Below are positions 51,820 through 64,000 of a DNA stretch of 64,000 bases, one piece after another. Location: assembly GCF_004010195.1 (NCBI RefSeq), contig NC_057718.1, positions 5,809,110 through 5,873,109 of the forward strand. Direction: 5' to 3'. Position 1 is the stretch's first letter. Every line of letters begins with the position of its first letter. A program made the translations under genes and the position numbers. The notes under the pieces were generated by a model. That model was not told the origin of the DNA. It made no database searches and saw nothing but the letters and a program-made list of their open reading frames with translations. The stretch is from Chiloscyllium plagiosum (taxonomy: Eukaryota).

Positions 51820-52280
51820 CTCAGGTCTTCCGGAGTTGAGAGGGTTGGCTGATGAGGACATATTGAGTTGACTGGAACTATACTCATCGGAATTGAGAAG
51901 AGTGAGGGGGAGGGATCTCATAGAAACATAGAAAATTATGATGAGAATAGATAAGACAGAAGCAGGGAAGTTGTTTCCACTGGCTGGTCAAACTAGAACT
52001 AGGGGGCATGCCCTCAAAATAAGGGGGAGCAAATTTAGGGCTGAGCTGAGGAGGAACGTCTTCACCCAGAGGGTTGTGAACCTGTGGGATTCCCTGCCCA
52101 GTGAAGCAGCTGAGGTTACATTGTTGAATGTTTTTAAAGCAAAGATGGATTTTAGAACAGTAAAGGAATTAAGGGTTATGGTGAGTGGGTGGATAAGTGG
52201 AGTTACCACGATCTTATTGAATGGCGAAGTAGGCTTGCTGGGCCAGATGGCCTACTCCTGCTCCTGTCTCTTATGTTCTC
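51820..52280 (+). mobile_element. CR1 3' end
   Basis: TRTRGHALKI...FTQRVVNLWDSLP. Confidence 0.9.
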
Positions 52281-53208
52281 ATGAAGCTTCTTTCCTTTCT
52301 TATACACCGATAACAAATAATGGGGGCTCAGCAGCAGAACAAACTGCATCACATTCAATTCACTTTTGGTTTGGACAGGGTTTCAAAAGCTCTGATTTCT
52401 GGGACTTGTATTTCCCTTCATAATCCATCACCCCCTGGTATTATCAATTCTTTAGCATTAAGGTCAATCTTTGAGCACCATCAAATATGATCAGGGATCC
52501 TCTTGATCATTCAATGGATTTATTCAAAATTTCTGTCTTGCTCATCAACTTTGACTTCAAATTACTCCTGATTCTCTCTCAATCTTTGAAAAGTTTTGAC
52601 AATTTTACTAAATGAGGGAAACCAGGGAGTTTCTGGACACCTAACCCAGCCACAAAGGACTTGCATGTTGCTGAAAAAAATGCTTATGTTGGTGAATCTT
52701 TTCATCGCACACTCATCAGGACATTTCACAAGAATACAAATTCATAATCCTTAATTCCTTTACTGTTCTAAATTGGTTGGCATTCCCATGGAGAATACTG
52801 ATTGACAGTTAACCATCAGGCATTGCTAAATGTTAAACCAAACAGATTTTCTCAGATTGGTTAGGACATTGGGAGAGTCTAGGATTAGAGAGAATAATCT
52901 CAAGATAGAGGGACACCAATTTAACACTGAGATGAGGAGGAGTTTATTTTCCCAGAGAGGTAAGTGTCTTTGGAATTCTTTGAAAACTGTGGGGCAGAGT
53001 CCTTGTGTATATTTAAGATAAATTCTTGATCAATGAGGAAGCAATAGGGGAAAGAGTAGGAAAGTGGATGTGAGGAGTGAGGGATCAATCCATAGTTCTA
53101 TAAAATGGTAAGAGCAGACTCAAAGAACCAGATGACCTACTCCTGTTCCTATTTCTTTTAGTCTTATGGTCTTAAAGGCATACCTGACACTCCAATTATG
53201 GAAGGTAA

Positions 53209-53818
53209 TGTGACAATGCTGCTCCTTTAACAAGGTTATGCTGTACTTGGTTTTTTTCACAATAGGTCACAAAGGCAGAAGTTCCAGTATATCTGGAAAT
53301 ATCTACTAATGAAAGCTTTTAAGTCTTTCTTTTAAAACACTTGTATAATGAAAGGGGAGTGGCCAGTTCAGGGTTCGGTTTGGTTTGGTTTTTCGTGAGC
53401 TTTAGTGAAGCTGCTGATCAAAGAAAACTGCTGGGGAGGAGAAGGTTCCAGATTCACCAGAGGTTTTCTGGCTACCTCTCTCACTGTCATCTCTCATGGA
53501 AGAATCCTGTGTATGATTTTATCTTTTTTTGCCAAGGGGTGTTTTTTGGGATGTCGCAGGTATTTGGAACAGCATCATTAAGTTGCGATAGAGTTGTTTG
53601 GGTTTTCAAATAGGTTAGGTTATTCTAAATTCGGTCCTCTTTTGCTCGTGTTTCATTCAGTAGCTTGTAAATAAATGCTTTTTTTTTGTTAAACTGAGTA
53701 GTTGTGCCAACTGCATCCCTTCTGGAATATCCACTACACAACTGCTTAAACAACGAGAAACGTTAGTGTGGGCTATCTCCTTAAAATGTTTTGAGGGAGT
53801 CTGGCCTGGTGCATAACA
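53209..53818 (+). mobile_element. Solo LTR (610 bp), probably Ty3/Gypsy-type
   Basis: TGTGA...TAACA termini, near-perfect 4-bp TSD gtaa/gtga, aataaa at ~53670. Confidence 0.75.
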
Positions 53819-55589
53819 GTGATGAAGATGAAGCAACTGGAAACATGAAGTCTTAATGAGTAACAGAACATGTGGAAGTGCAACTGAGGTAACTATGGGG
53901 GTTGATAGACCTACCAAAAATATTAATAAGCAGAATGTCTGAGAACGTGTCTTTGGAAGGGACCCATGGCAGTGAGAAATCCACTTAGGATTGAGAAGGA
54001 AGGAACATTCAGTCATATTCTTAATCAGCTCAAAGCAGAGTAATCATGGAGATTTTGCCTCTGAAGATCTGAAGATCTCACAGTCATGGGAGTCAGAAAC
54101 CCTCGTCAGTTAGACATTGCACACTTCTCTCCTCTTTTATCTACACTGAGAAACGTTGAGAAGGAGGTACACCTGAAACCCATCTCAATCCTTGTCATAC
54201 ATCAATCAGTTTCTGATTGTGAAATTCCTGCTGCAATCTCGTTTATTGTTAAGACCATTAATCATCACCAAGAAGCAAAAAAAAGGTCTATTTTGGCATG
54301 AACAGCTGCCAGTTATTTCTCGGATTTTCATTCTCTTCTTTTGGATGTTTTTGGCTTGTCTGTTTTATTTCTTTTTCTTTTTGTAAGAACATAAGGGACG
54401 TAAGCAGGCCTTTGGGTATGCATTGTCACTTAATAAGATGACCTTCACTGCAATTGCACTTCCCCACCCAATCCCCATGTCCCTTGATTCAATTATAATC
54501 CAAATAACTATCAGTTCCAATCCTGACTACATTCAATGGCTGAGTACCTGGTGTATGACATTTAAAGTGATGAAATTTTTCCTCATATCAGCTCCAAATG
54601 CTCCTCATGTGGAGAGTGACTCTTGGCATTAGATTTTGTAGCATCGCAGCCTCACCATCTTAGGCTGTTTGGAATTCTATTGCATTGAGGTCGATGCTCA
54701 GTCTTCTAATTTCCAGAGGGACTGGACACATTTTGTTCATCTCTCCTCATAGAACAACACTGTCATCCCAGGAAACAATCTAGCGAATTTTTGTTGCAAG
54801 TTCCAAGGTGTTTCCTCCCTCTATTCATTCTTTCCCTTCCAACCCCCCCCCCATTCTTTGATTTGATTTATTTATTGTCACCTATGCCTTGTTCTGAAAT
54901 ACAGTGAAAAGTACAGTTTGTTCTGATGCAACCTGATAGTTCCATTCCTGAGTGGTCTCATGTTATAAGAAAATTGCATAATAGCCATTCCATTTAAATC
55001 AATGGGACCTGAATTACATTATAGCCAATACAGGTAAGGAATGTTCACGTTCTTCGAATAATGGTCCAAATTCTTCAGTTGCATTATAGCCAATTCACAT
55101 TGAAGTAACGTGCATTATACTAGAACCGACTTGTATTGTATATTATTGCCACACATCTTAAAACACAGAAAAATAAACCAAAACATGGAATACAAAGGGA
55201 AAGGAGTCCTCCTTGTTAAGTGCTCCATCATGGGCCATGGACCTGGTGGCCAGACACGAATCCCGCTCGCCCTGCTACTGCTATTGGAATGTAAGTCACC
55301 CACTCTTCAATGCCATCTCGCCTCCGTTTATGCCCTCGCCACTCTGAGTCATCGCTGGATCTCGCCAATGGAGATGCCACCAATACTACTGGCCACTGCA
55401 CCAGCCGAAACTGGACTCTGCTGCTTCAGGCCCACTTCACTAACCCGGCTGCTGATGGCACCAGGTCCTGTAATTGGCCAAATCCCGCCCCCGCCGCCAT
55501 CTTTGTGAATCGGTGCTGGATGCAGATGCTCTGGGAACCAAAGCACACCTCCGAAGCAGCAGCCGTGAGTCAGCACTAGGGTCCCCATT

Positions 55590-58130
55590 CAAAAGAGAAC
55601 AAAAAAGAACAGAAGAGAAGTACAGCGCAGGAACAGGCCCTTCGGCCCTCCAAGCCTGTCCCAATCATCGTGCCCTAACCAAACTAATAAACAAACTTCT
55701 TGTCCTTGTCCGGTCCATCTCCCCCATTCCCTTCCTATTTGTGTAACCATCCAGATGCCTCTTGAATGTTGCCAACATGCCTGCTTCCACCACCTCTTCT
55801 GGCAGTGTGTTCCAAGTTCCTACCACACTCATAGAATAGGATACCTCCAGTGTGGAAACAGGCCCTTCGGCCCAACAAGTCCACACTGAATCTCTGAAGG
55901 GTGTCCCACCCAGACCCATTTCCTGAACCTATTACTCTACATTTACCCCTGACTAATGCACCTAACCTACGATGGGCAATTTCACAAGCGTGGACAAAGG
56001 GTCAGTTAGACTCTAAACCTCAGCTCTTTTCTCTCCTTACAGATGCTGCCAGACCTGCTGAGATCTTCCAGCATTTTCTCTTTAGGTTTCAGATTCCAGC
56101 ATCTGCAGTAATTTGCTTTTATCCAGTGTTTAACCCACTGCCACCTCTCTCCCAGGAATGCCTACCCTGAAGAAATACTGCTCTTCCCTCCGACAGGATT
56201 TTCGTTTGTCTCTCTCCCCGTCCACCTTCACTGCTTTCCTTTTCTCTCTCAGTTTTAGACAAGGTATTTACTAAGACTCGCTTCCACAGCCATATTTCCT
56301 TCCTCAGTGACTGTCCTTGCTTCCGACTTACTCCACGTGGATTTCAACTCAAATCCCACCCTGCATGCAGCCTCCAGGATTACAGGTACTTGCACGATAT
56401 ACAACATTTTTCCAACTGCTGTTCTCGCTGCATCCTAAAAGCCACACTCAGGGCCATGCGCCGCCACATGAAAGCACTCGACATCTCTCTCCAGCAGCAC
56501 CGACTTACTCTCTCTCAAAGCTGTCCTGGTCCACAGTTTCATTTCATCCTTCGTATTATTTGACGCTTTAACTCCAAACTTTTCCTGTTAATGCAGATGT
56601 TAAGGTACGCAAGCTTCAACTTCTCATCCACACCCTTGCCCACCCTCCACCTTCCAAGTCCCAATCCCTCGAACCCCATCTCTTCCAGCCCCAGCCCTTG
56701 CCGTGTGTTCACCAAACCCTCTGACCTTCCCCTCTCTGAGGCTGAGTGTGCTGTTCTCAGCAAAGGACTCAGCTTTGTACCCTTACGTCCCCACCTCAAT
56801 GAATTCAGGCTCGACATGATGCTGAGCTCTTCTTCCATCGCCTTCGTGCTCACTTCTTTGGGCAAGAGTCCTTCCCCCGCTCCACAGATCCTTTCATATC
56901 CCTCCAACATTCCACCTCTAATTGGACACCCCCGCCAGGACAATTTCCTGTCCTTGATTTTTTCATTGACAATTGTCGACCGGACATTGGCCGCCTTAAT
57001 TTCTCTGCCCCTCTTATCCATTCCAACCTCTCTCCATCCGAACTTTCTGCCCTTCGCTCCCTTAGGTCCAACCCCAACCTTGTCATCAAACCTGCTGACA
57101 AAGTGGGTGCTGTTGTCATCTGGCGTACTGACCTCTACCTCGCAGAGGCTGAGCGCCAACTCTCAGATTCTTCCTCCTACCTACCCCTGGAGTATGACCA
57201 CACCATTGAGCATCAAACCATTGTCTCCAACGCCGTGACTGACCTCATTTCCTCTGGATGCCTCCCCCTCACAGCTTTCAACCTCATAGTCTCCCAACCC
57301 CAGACAGCCCGTTTCTACCTACTCCCCAAAATCGACAAGAAGGACTGTCCCGGCAGGCCCATTGTGTCAGCATGCTCCTGCCTCACTAAACTTATTTCCT
57401 CCGACCTTGACTCCATCCTTACTCCTCTGGTTCACTCCCTCCCCACCTACAACCGGGATTCCTCTGATGCCCTGCGACACATTGACAGCTTTCAATTCGC
57501 AGGCCCTAACCACCTTCTATTCACCATGGATGTGCAATCTCTTTATACCTCCATCCCACACCAAGACGACTTGACAGTTCTTCGCTCTAGCATTGACAAA
57601 GAGTCAGTTAGACTCAGCTCTTTTCTCTCCTTACAGATGCTGCCAGACCTGCTGAGATTTTCCAGCATTTTCTCTTTGGGCAATTTCACATGACCAATTC
57701 ACCTATCCTGCATATCTTTGTACTGTGGGAGGAAACTTGAGCACCTGGAGGAAACCCACTTAGACACGGGGAGAATGTGCAAACTCCACACAGACAGTTG
57801 CCTGAGGTTGCAATTGAACCTGGGTCCCTGGTGCTGTGAAGCAACAGTGCTAACGAATGAGCCACCGTGTCACTCTCTGTGGAAAAAAATCTACCTTGCA
57901 CATCTCTATGGAATCTTCCCCCTCTCACCTTAAACCTGTGCCCCTCTGTAATTGAAACTTCAAACCTAGGGAAAGAAACCTCTGTCTACCCACCCTATCT
58001 ATATCTCTCATAATTGTGTAGGCCTCTATCAGGTCTCCTCTCAGCCACTGTCTTTCCAGTGAAAACAATCCTAGTTTTTTTTTAACCTTTCCTCATAGCA
58101 AATGCCCTTGAACCCAGGCAACATCCTGGT
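55590..58130 (-). mobile_element. CR1 3' fragment (55590-55830 and 57871-58130) interrupted by a V-SINE (55831-57870), itself interrupted by a PLE
   Basis: The CR1 and SINE sequences each resume collinearly across the inserts. Confidence 0.8.
55987..57676 (+). mobile_element. Penelope-like element, internally deleted, with direct terminal repeats and a 14-bp TSD
   Basis: LSKGLSFVP, KPADKVGAVVIW, RFYLLPKIDK, PGRPIVS, FTMDVQSLYTSIPH; ~90-bp direct repeats at both ends; tgggcaatttcaca at 55973-55986 and 57677-57690. Confidence 0.9.
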
Positions 58131-58564
58131 CATTCACATATATATCTCTGATATCCCTCAATTTTCCATTACAATTGAAATAAAATTTAGCATCTCAAAG
58201 ATTAAATTTAAGAGGAAAATGGCATAAACTTGATCTCAATCCCCTTACATTTAGAGGACTAAGGTGCCCATATGACCATACCTGTTAAAATATTAATTGG
58301 ATTTTATTGGGTGGATATGGGGAAAATATTTTCTCTGGTTGAGAATAAAAAATGAGGGATCTATCACTAGGATATTCGGGAAGAAAATCATGATTTATTT
58401 CTGAAATAGGGCAGTAGAAATTTGGACTCCTGTCCAAAGATTGTCGATGCTGAAGCATCTGGAATGAACATGTTTCCATGGCACGTTTTCATCGTCTCTG
58501 GTTTGCCTGATTGAGAAGAAAAAGGAAAGAGGAATTTCCAGTATCCTTGCTGTAATTAATCCTT

Positions 58565-58720
58565 GATGTGGAGGTGCCAGTGTTGGACAAGTTCGATGTC
58601 ACATGACACCAGGTTATAGTCCGACAGGGGTTTACTTCAAATCACAAGCTTTTGGAGCGCTGTTCCCTCATCAGGTGAAGTCATTTCACTGTAACCTGAT
58701 GTTGTGTGACTTCTGATGTT
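58565..58720. mobile_element. PLE family-B terminal repeat with a short inverted arm
   Basis: gtcacatgacaccaggtta...catcaggtg followed by taacctgatgttgtgtgac. Confidence 0.65.
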
Positions 58721-59803
58721 ATCAACCCATGTTGATTTCTCTCCTTTTGCTCAACTGCTACTTTCCACATATCATTCCTTTGGGGATTCTGGGGTCTGTG
58801 TTTTATTTCAAGCTGGGAATCTGTCGACAACCTTTCATCTTACAATTTGTGCAGTTATCATGCAAGCATAACAGAGTATAACAGGTCTGAAGAAATTAGT
58901 GAACTCTGGTTTCTCTCCATAGATGCTGTCAGACCTGCTGAGTTTCTCCGGCAATTTCTGTACCTGTTTTAGTTTCTGTTTTCCAGCATCTGTAACTCTT
59001 TCAGCTTTTTGATGCAAATTTCTTGATGCCTCACTGAGTTTCTCTTGATTAGACCGGCAATTCTAAAAGCAGTTGGTTTTGTATATTTCATGTGGCTTGC
59101 TTGGGCTTTTCGGTGACCATAGCAGCATTTCTAAATCAACGATATCCTTTCGAAATCCATTTTTAGACCACGAATATCTGGGGTGTTAAAGGTAAATGAA
59201 GCAATTTGAATATTGTTACAGTCATAACTCCATTCGTGATGTGTTGGTTCACTGTTGAGTTGGAGCTTTCAAATCCCACACTCAGAACCTAGGCACAAAC
59301 ATCAGTGCCATACTGAGGGAATGCTACTCTGTTTGGAAGTGCCTTCATTTAATCAAGCTATCGACACAGAATGTTTCCATTTCATTAGAGGGTTCAGGGC
59401 TACATTCTGTGACCAATGCTGTTAGGGAATTTTTCTCTCAGTCTTCCTCCTCTTAGAGTCATTGTCATAGAGTCACACAGCACAGTAACAGACCTTTCGA
59501 TCCAACCAGTCCATGCTGACCATAATCCCAAATTAAACTGGTCTTGCCTGCCTGCTCCTGGTTTGTATCCCTCCAAATCTTCCCTATTAATGTTCTTATC
59601 TAAGTATATTTTCTTCTGGTCTGCCTGATGAGGAATGCTCGGTAAATTCTGTTCCCTGGGCACTGCCCTATGAGAACTGCTGCCATTTGATGTGAGTTCC
59701 CTAAAAAGAACTGCCTTCTACCCTTGTAATTGCATCATGTTTCCAAAAAAGGTAGCTTACAGTCTATCAACTGTCTGAACCCTTTTGACCAATGACCACG
59801 AGA

Positions 59804-59917
59804 CAGTTTCTCATGAAGAAGGGCTTATGTCCAAAACGTCGATTCTCCTGCTCCTCGGATGCTGCCTGGCCTGCTGTGTTTTTCCATCATCACATTTTTC
59901 AACTCAGTTTCTCATGA
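59804..59917 (+). mobile_element. PLE family-A terminal repeat fragment bounded by the direct repeat cagtttctcatga
   Basis: gaagaagggcttatgtccaaaacgtcgattctcctgctcctcggatgctgcc; the 13-nt direct repeat starts at ~59804 and ~59905. Confidence 0.7.
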
Positions 59918-60289
59918 TGTTGGGTGAGCTTCGAACCTTTGCCCACCTTAGTTTGAAGGCTAGTTTTCATTCCTTGCAAGCACAAACCTTTATGTTATTG
60001 AAAACAATACACTGATAATGGGGTACATTTGGCACCAAATAAATTATTGACACTAGTTCAACATGTATCATAACCTCAGAATTTCTCACAATGCTTCCCT
60101 TTTATTTTTCCATGCTAGAAGTTTAGAAGGTTAATTATTGTTGTAATAGTTATTAAATGAAATCTCCTGCTACACAGTAAACACTAGGAAAATTAAGTTG
60201 TTTTTTAAGCGACTTTGATATCCAGCAGTATCAACCAATATAATCAAAGCCAAAAATTATCTAATCATTGATTCCAGAGACAAGAGGTT

Positions 60290-60727
60290 TGCCTTAACAA
60301 GGGGTTGATCAGTTTAGGCCCAGATTGTCTAGTGTTTAGAAGAGTCAGAGGTGATCTAATTGAAAGATATAAAATGCTAAAGGTAATTGACAAAGTAGAG
60401 GTAGGGAGGGTGTTTTCCCATGTGGGGAAATCTAAAACAGGAGGATTAGAGGTAGCCGATTCAAAACAAAGATGAGGAGAAATTATTTATCTCAAAGGAT
60501 CATGAATCTGTGGAATCCTCTCCCTCAGAACCCACTGGACATTGGGACATTGAGTAAATTTAAGGCAGAGGTAGACTGATTTTTATTTAGTCATGGGTTG
60601 AACGGTCATGAAGAGAAGACAAGGAGTTGAGGCAGTAATGAGATCAGCCGTGATCATTCCAAATGGTGGAGCAGGCTTGAGGGGCTGAATAGCCTACTCT
60701 TCTTCCTAATTCTTACGTTCTTATGAC
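60290..60727 (+). mobile_element. Degenerate CR1 3' end
   Basis: tttagaagagtcagaggtgatctaattgaa...gggctgaatagcctactc. Confidence 0.75.
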
Positions 60728-61727
60728 TCGTGTTGTTTGTGGGATCTTGATGGATCCAATTTGGCTGCTACATTTTCTACATTACAAAGTAACCGGCCTT
60801 CAGTCATACCTAATTTGCTGCAAAGCTCTTCAGGATTAACCGAAACCATGACAGTCATGATTTCAATGAAGATTGTTTCTTTAACAAATTAAGTCCTCCC
60901 TGACTAATTATATGTATGGTTCATGGTCTCTTTGGTCTTCAGCAAATATATTCATTGCAGGTCATAAGTCAGTGAGCTGCTGATATTTCTTTTCCCAGAG
61001 TTGTTTTGCTTTTGGTTGTAGATAAGAGATAGATTTGTACATCAAATGTATGAAATCACAGCAAGGAAGTTCACCGGAGATGAAAAGTGGGAGCTTGGAA
61101 TGCTTCTGGAAACTTTGCTCAGAGTTTCCTCAGCTGCAGCTGCATCTGTATCGCCTGACTCCTGCAGAGCCAGATGTTGAGATTGTGTGATCACATGATG
61201 ACTCGACAGGATTTCCTGCCCTGGGATTAATGGCAGCAGCTGACGATGTGGTTCGGTTTTTGCCTAAACCTATCTCACTGGATTTATGTCACGCTAGCAA
61301 CGCACCTACTCATTTTTAACAAAATCCAAAAGCAGTAAATAAGAATCAAACTTTCAATTAAGCAACTCAACCTCTGAACATACCACTGAAGCATCACCCC
61401 ATCGCTGTTACTATTCCCGTAAATATTAACATGAAGAGAGTTCTAAGCAGCCACGTGAGGGAGACATCAACGGACATGATTTTACATTTATATAATTTTT
61501 ACTTACTAAATTACTTGAACCAACTTAATCATAGAACTTTATGGTACAGCCAAGGCCCTTTGAACTATTAAAATAAATGCTGAAAATGTGTTGCTGGAAA
61601 AGCGCAGCAGGTCAGGCAGCATCCAGGGAACAGGAGAATAAATGTCAATTAACAGCCAAGGGCCATTTCAGGCAAAGAGGTAAATTTTACTTTAAATAGC
61701 CGATACAATAATATACATCACGTGAAG

Positions 61728-62004
61728 TTACATGTAATGCATTACTTCCCTGCGTATACATGCGGTGCCATGTGCAATCTCACATTCTGTCCAACGTGGT
61801 CTCTGCTTTGGAGCATCTGTCATTATCGCCTCAATTGGTTTGCCCCCTGAGCCGCATTCACAAGGAGCCACATTCCATCTGACATTTTTGGATATGTTTG
61901 TCGACAAATTGACAAATCCATTCTCACTCATATCATGACAGTCTTGATGGTCCTGAATTCCTGAAGACTGCCTTCGCTGATCCTCTTCAACAGTCTTAAT
62001 GGCT
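61728..62004 (-). CDS. Possible terminal coding exon of an unidentified gene (AIKTVEEDQRRQ...IRREVMHYM*)
   Basis: Open frame of 91 codons to the stop in non-repetitive sequence, preceded by acceptor-like ttttggtgttaccag; no homologue recognised. Confidence 0.25.
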
Positions 62005-62052
62005 CTGGTAACACCAAAATGGCAACATCACATGTGGCCCAATACACAACTC

Positions 62053-63060
62053 AATAGACAATAGACAATAGGTGCAAGTGTAGGCCATTCTGCCCTTCGA
62101 GCCAGCACCACCATTCATTATGATCATGGCTGATCATCCTCAGTTAGTATCCTGTTCCTGCCTTATCCCCATAACCCTCGATTCCACTATCCTTAAGAGC
62201 TCTATCCAACTCTTTCTGGAAAGTATCCAGAGACTTGGCCTCCACAGCCTTCTGGGGCAGAGCATTCCACACACCCACCACTCTCTGGGTGAAGAAGTTT
62301 CTCCTCAGCTCTGTTCTAAATTTTGGGAGAAGATTTGTAACTCGGGTGCTCGTTGTTGTGGTTCTGTTCGCCGAGTTGGGAACTTGTGTTGCAGACGTTT
62401 CGTCCCCTCTCTAGGTGACATCCTCAGTGCTTGGGAGCCTCCTGTGAAGCGCTTCTGTGATGTTTCCTCCGGCATTTGTAGTGGTTTGAATCTGCTGCTT
62501 CCGGTTGTCAGTTCCAGCTGTCCGCTGCAGTGACCGGTATATTGGGTCCAGATCGATGTGCTTATTGATTGAATCTGTAGTTGAGTGCCATGCCTCTAGG
62601 AATTCCCTGGCTGTTCTCTGTTTGGCTTGTCCTATAATGTCCTGGTGAGTTGTTGTCTGAGAGTGGCTGTTGGTTTGTGTGCTGTTATGAGTCCTAGTGG
62701 TTGCAGTAGTCTGGCTGTCAGTTCAGAAATGTTTTTGATATATGGTAGTGTGACTAGTCCTTTGGGTTGTGGCATGTCCTCATTCTGTTGTCTTTCCCTT
62801 AGGCATCTGTTGATGAAATTGGGGGGGTGTCCGTTTTTGGTTCGGGACTCACCCATCAGCGGAAACATGCTTCCTGCCTCCAGAGTGTCGAATCCTTTAA
62901 TAATCTTATATGTCTCAATCAGATCCCCTCTCAGCCTTCTAAACTCAAGGATATATAAGCCCAGTCACTCCAATCTTTCAACGTAAGATAGTCCCGCCAT
63001 TCTGGGAATTGACCTGGTGAACCTACGCTGCACTCCCTCAATAGCCAGAATGTCTTTCCT
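62053..63060 (-). mobile_element. CR1 3' fragment interrupted by a PLE family-C fragment (~62321-62835)
   Basis: (caataga)n tail; the PLE gives NFINRCL...TLPYIKNISELTARLLQPLG...HKPTATLRQQL. Confidence 0.85.
62391..62430 (-). ncRNA. Minimal hammerhead ribozyme motif (PLE family C), best-preserved copy
   Basis: Minus strand GCA-CTGAGGA-T-GTCACC-TAGAGA-GGGGAC-GAAA-C-GTC^TGC: core intact, stem I GCA/TGC, stem II 5 of 6 paired. Confidence 0.75.
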
Positions 63061-64000
63061 CATTTACCATTCCTATGTTCTGCAATATATTCTTCACAAC
63101 CGGATAATAAACATAGCAATACAGTGTGTGCTTTATCCTCAGAGACTTGATTCAACACTAGAATCTGCTTATAGAATGCCAAATAGAAATATGTTTCGTT
63201 TGGATAGAAACCCACTCATTTCTTCTCTACGGAAATTCTCAAATTGTTCTGAGTCACCAAAACAGAAAACAGGTTTTCCCAACCCCACTCTAATTAACGG
63301 CCTATTTACCCTTTGTTTCTTAGCTGTTTATCCCAATATCAAGCCCAAGTCACATCAGCATTTCTTGAAAAATTAAAATGTAATAATAATCAAGAAACCA
63401 ACTAACCGATTAATCCTCTTTCAGAACACTACCCGGCATTCTGAGTTTCAGGATATGTGAAAATAAAGAAATGCATGTTTTCTAAAGGTCAAAGGTCAGT
63501 TCAGGAATTACAATTCATGTTACTAAATTAATAGTGTCCCATCTTAACTGCAGAGGTTACAGCCTAGCAGTACTGTTGTCCAGGGTAATAACCTGTGGTT
63601 TGAATCTCATTATGGTAACTGATGGAATTTGAATTCAACAAAAATCTGGAAATAAGAGTTGAATGATGATCACAAAACTGTTGTTGATTGTTTAAAGCAA
63701 AACTCCATCTGGTTCACTGATGCTCTTTAGAGAAGGAAACTGCATCCTTACCTGGTCTGGCCTGTATGTGATTCCAGCACTGTGGCTGACTGCTGACTAC
63801 CTCTGGGTAATTAGGAATGGGCAATCAATGCTGGCCCAGCCAGCAATACCTGCATCCCACAATTGAATGTTAGACAACAGCCTAAACACAGCAGTTAGTA
63901 ATGAGACATCTCACCCCTTCATAGCATGAGGCAAAAGGGAACAGTAGGAGAAAGTGAGGACTGCAGATGCTGGAGATCAGAGTCGAGTGTGTGGTGCTGG

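Noticed and set aside
55230..55296. Plus-strand ATG...LALLLLLE|gtaagt signal-peptide-like exon
   Set aside because: Lies in a GC-rich stretch that appears to belong to a minus-strand element whose tail is at ~54858; no downstream exons found

Overview
Repeat-dense vertebrate genomic DNA from a gapped scaffold, very probably a shark or other cartilaginous fish (inferred from HE1/V-SINE-type SINEs, Deu-domain SINE pieces and the CR1 families). N-runs lie at about 327-351, 10328-10821, 17829-18362, 22690-22747, 26967-26969 and 44573-45072. Most of the window is decayed, often nested retroelements: two near full-length CR1 LINEs in opposite orientation, many CR1 3' fragments, at least three Penelope-like element (PLE) families, V-SINEs, an L1/Tx1 3' end, two solo LTRs and a PIF/Harbinger transposase fossil. 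No intact TE ORF and no confidently named host gene were found. Main signals: (1) the PLE terminal repeats carry minimal hammerhead-ribozyme cores (CTGAnGA-stem II-GAAA-NUH) in three sequence families whose stems covary; (2) these termini form small TSD-flanked fold-back or chimeric insertions, one apparently carrying a foreign L1/Tx1 piece; (3) short phase-1/1 minus-strand candidate exons (one encodes RGD) suggest an unidentified host gene with long introns, and the two best exons are bracketed by the inverted CR1 pair; (4) several short local templated duplications. Element boundaries are approximate and were read by eye.
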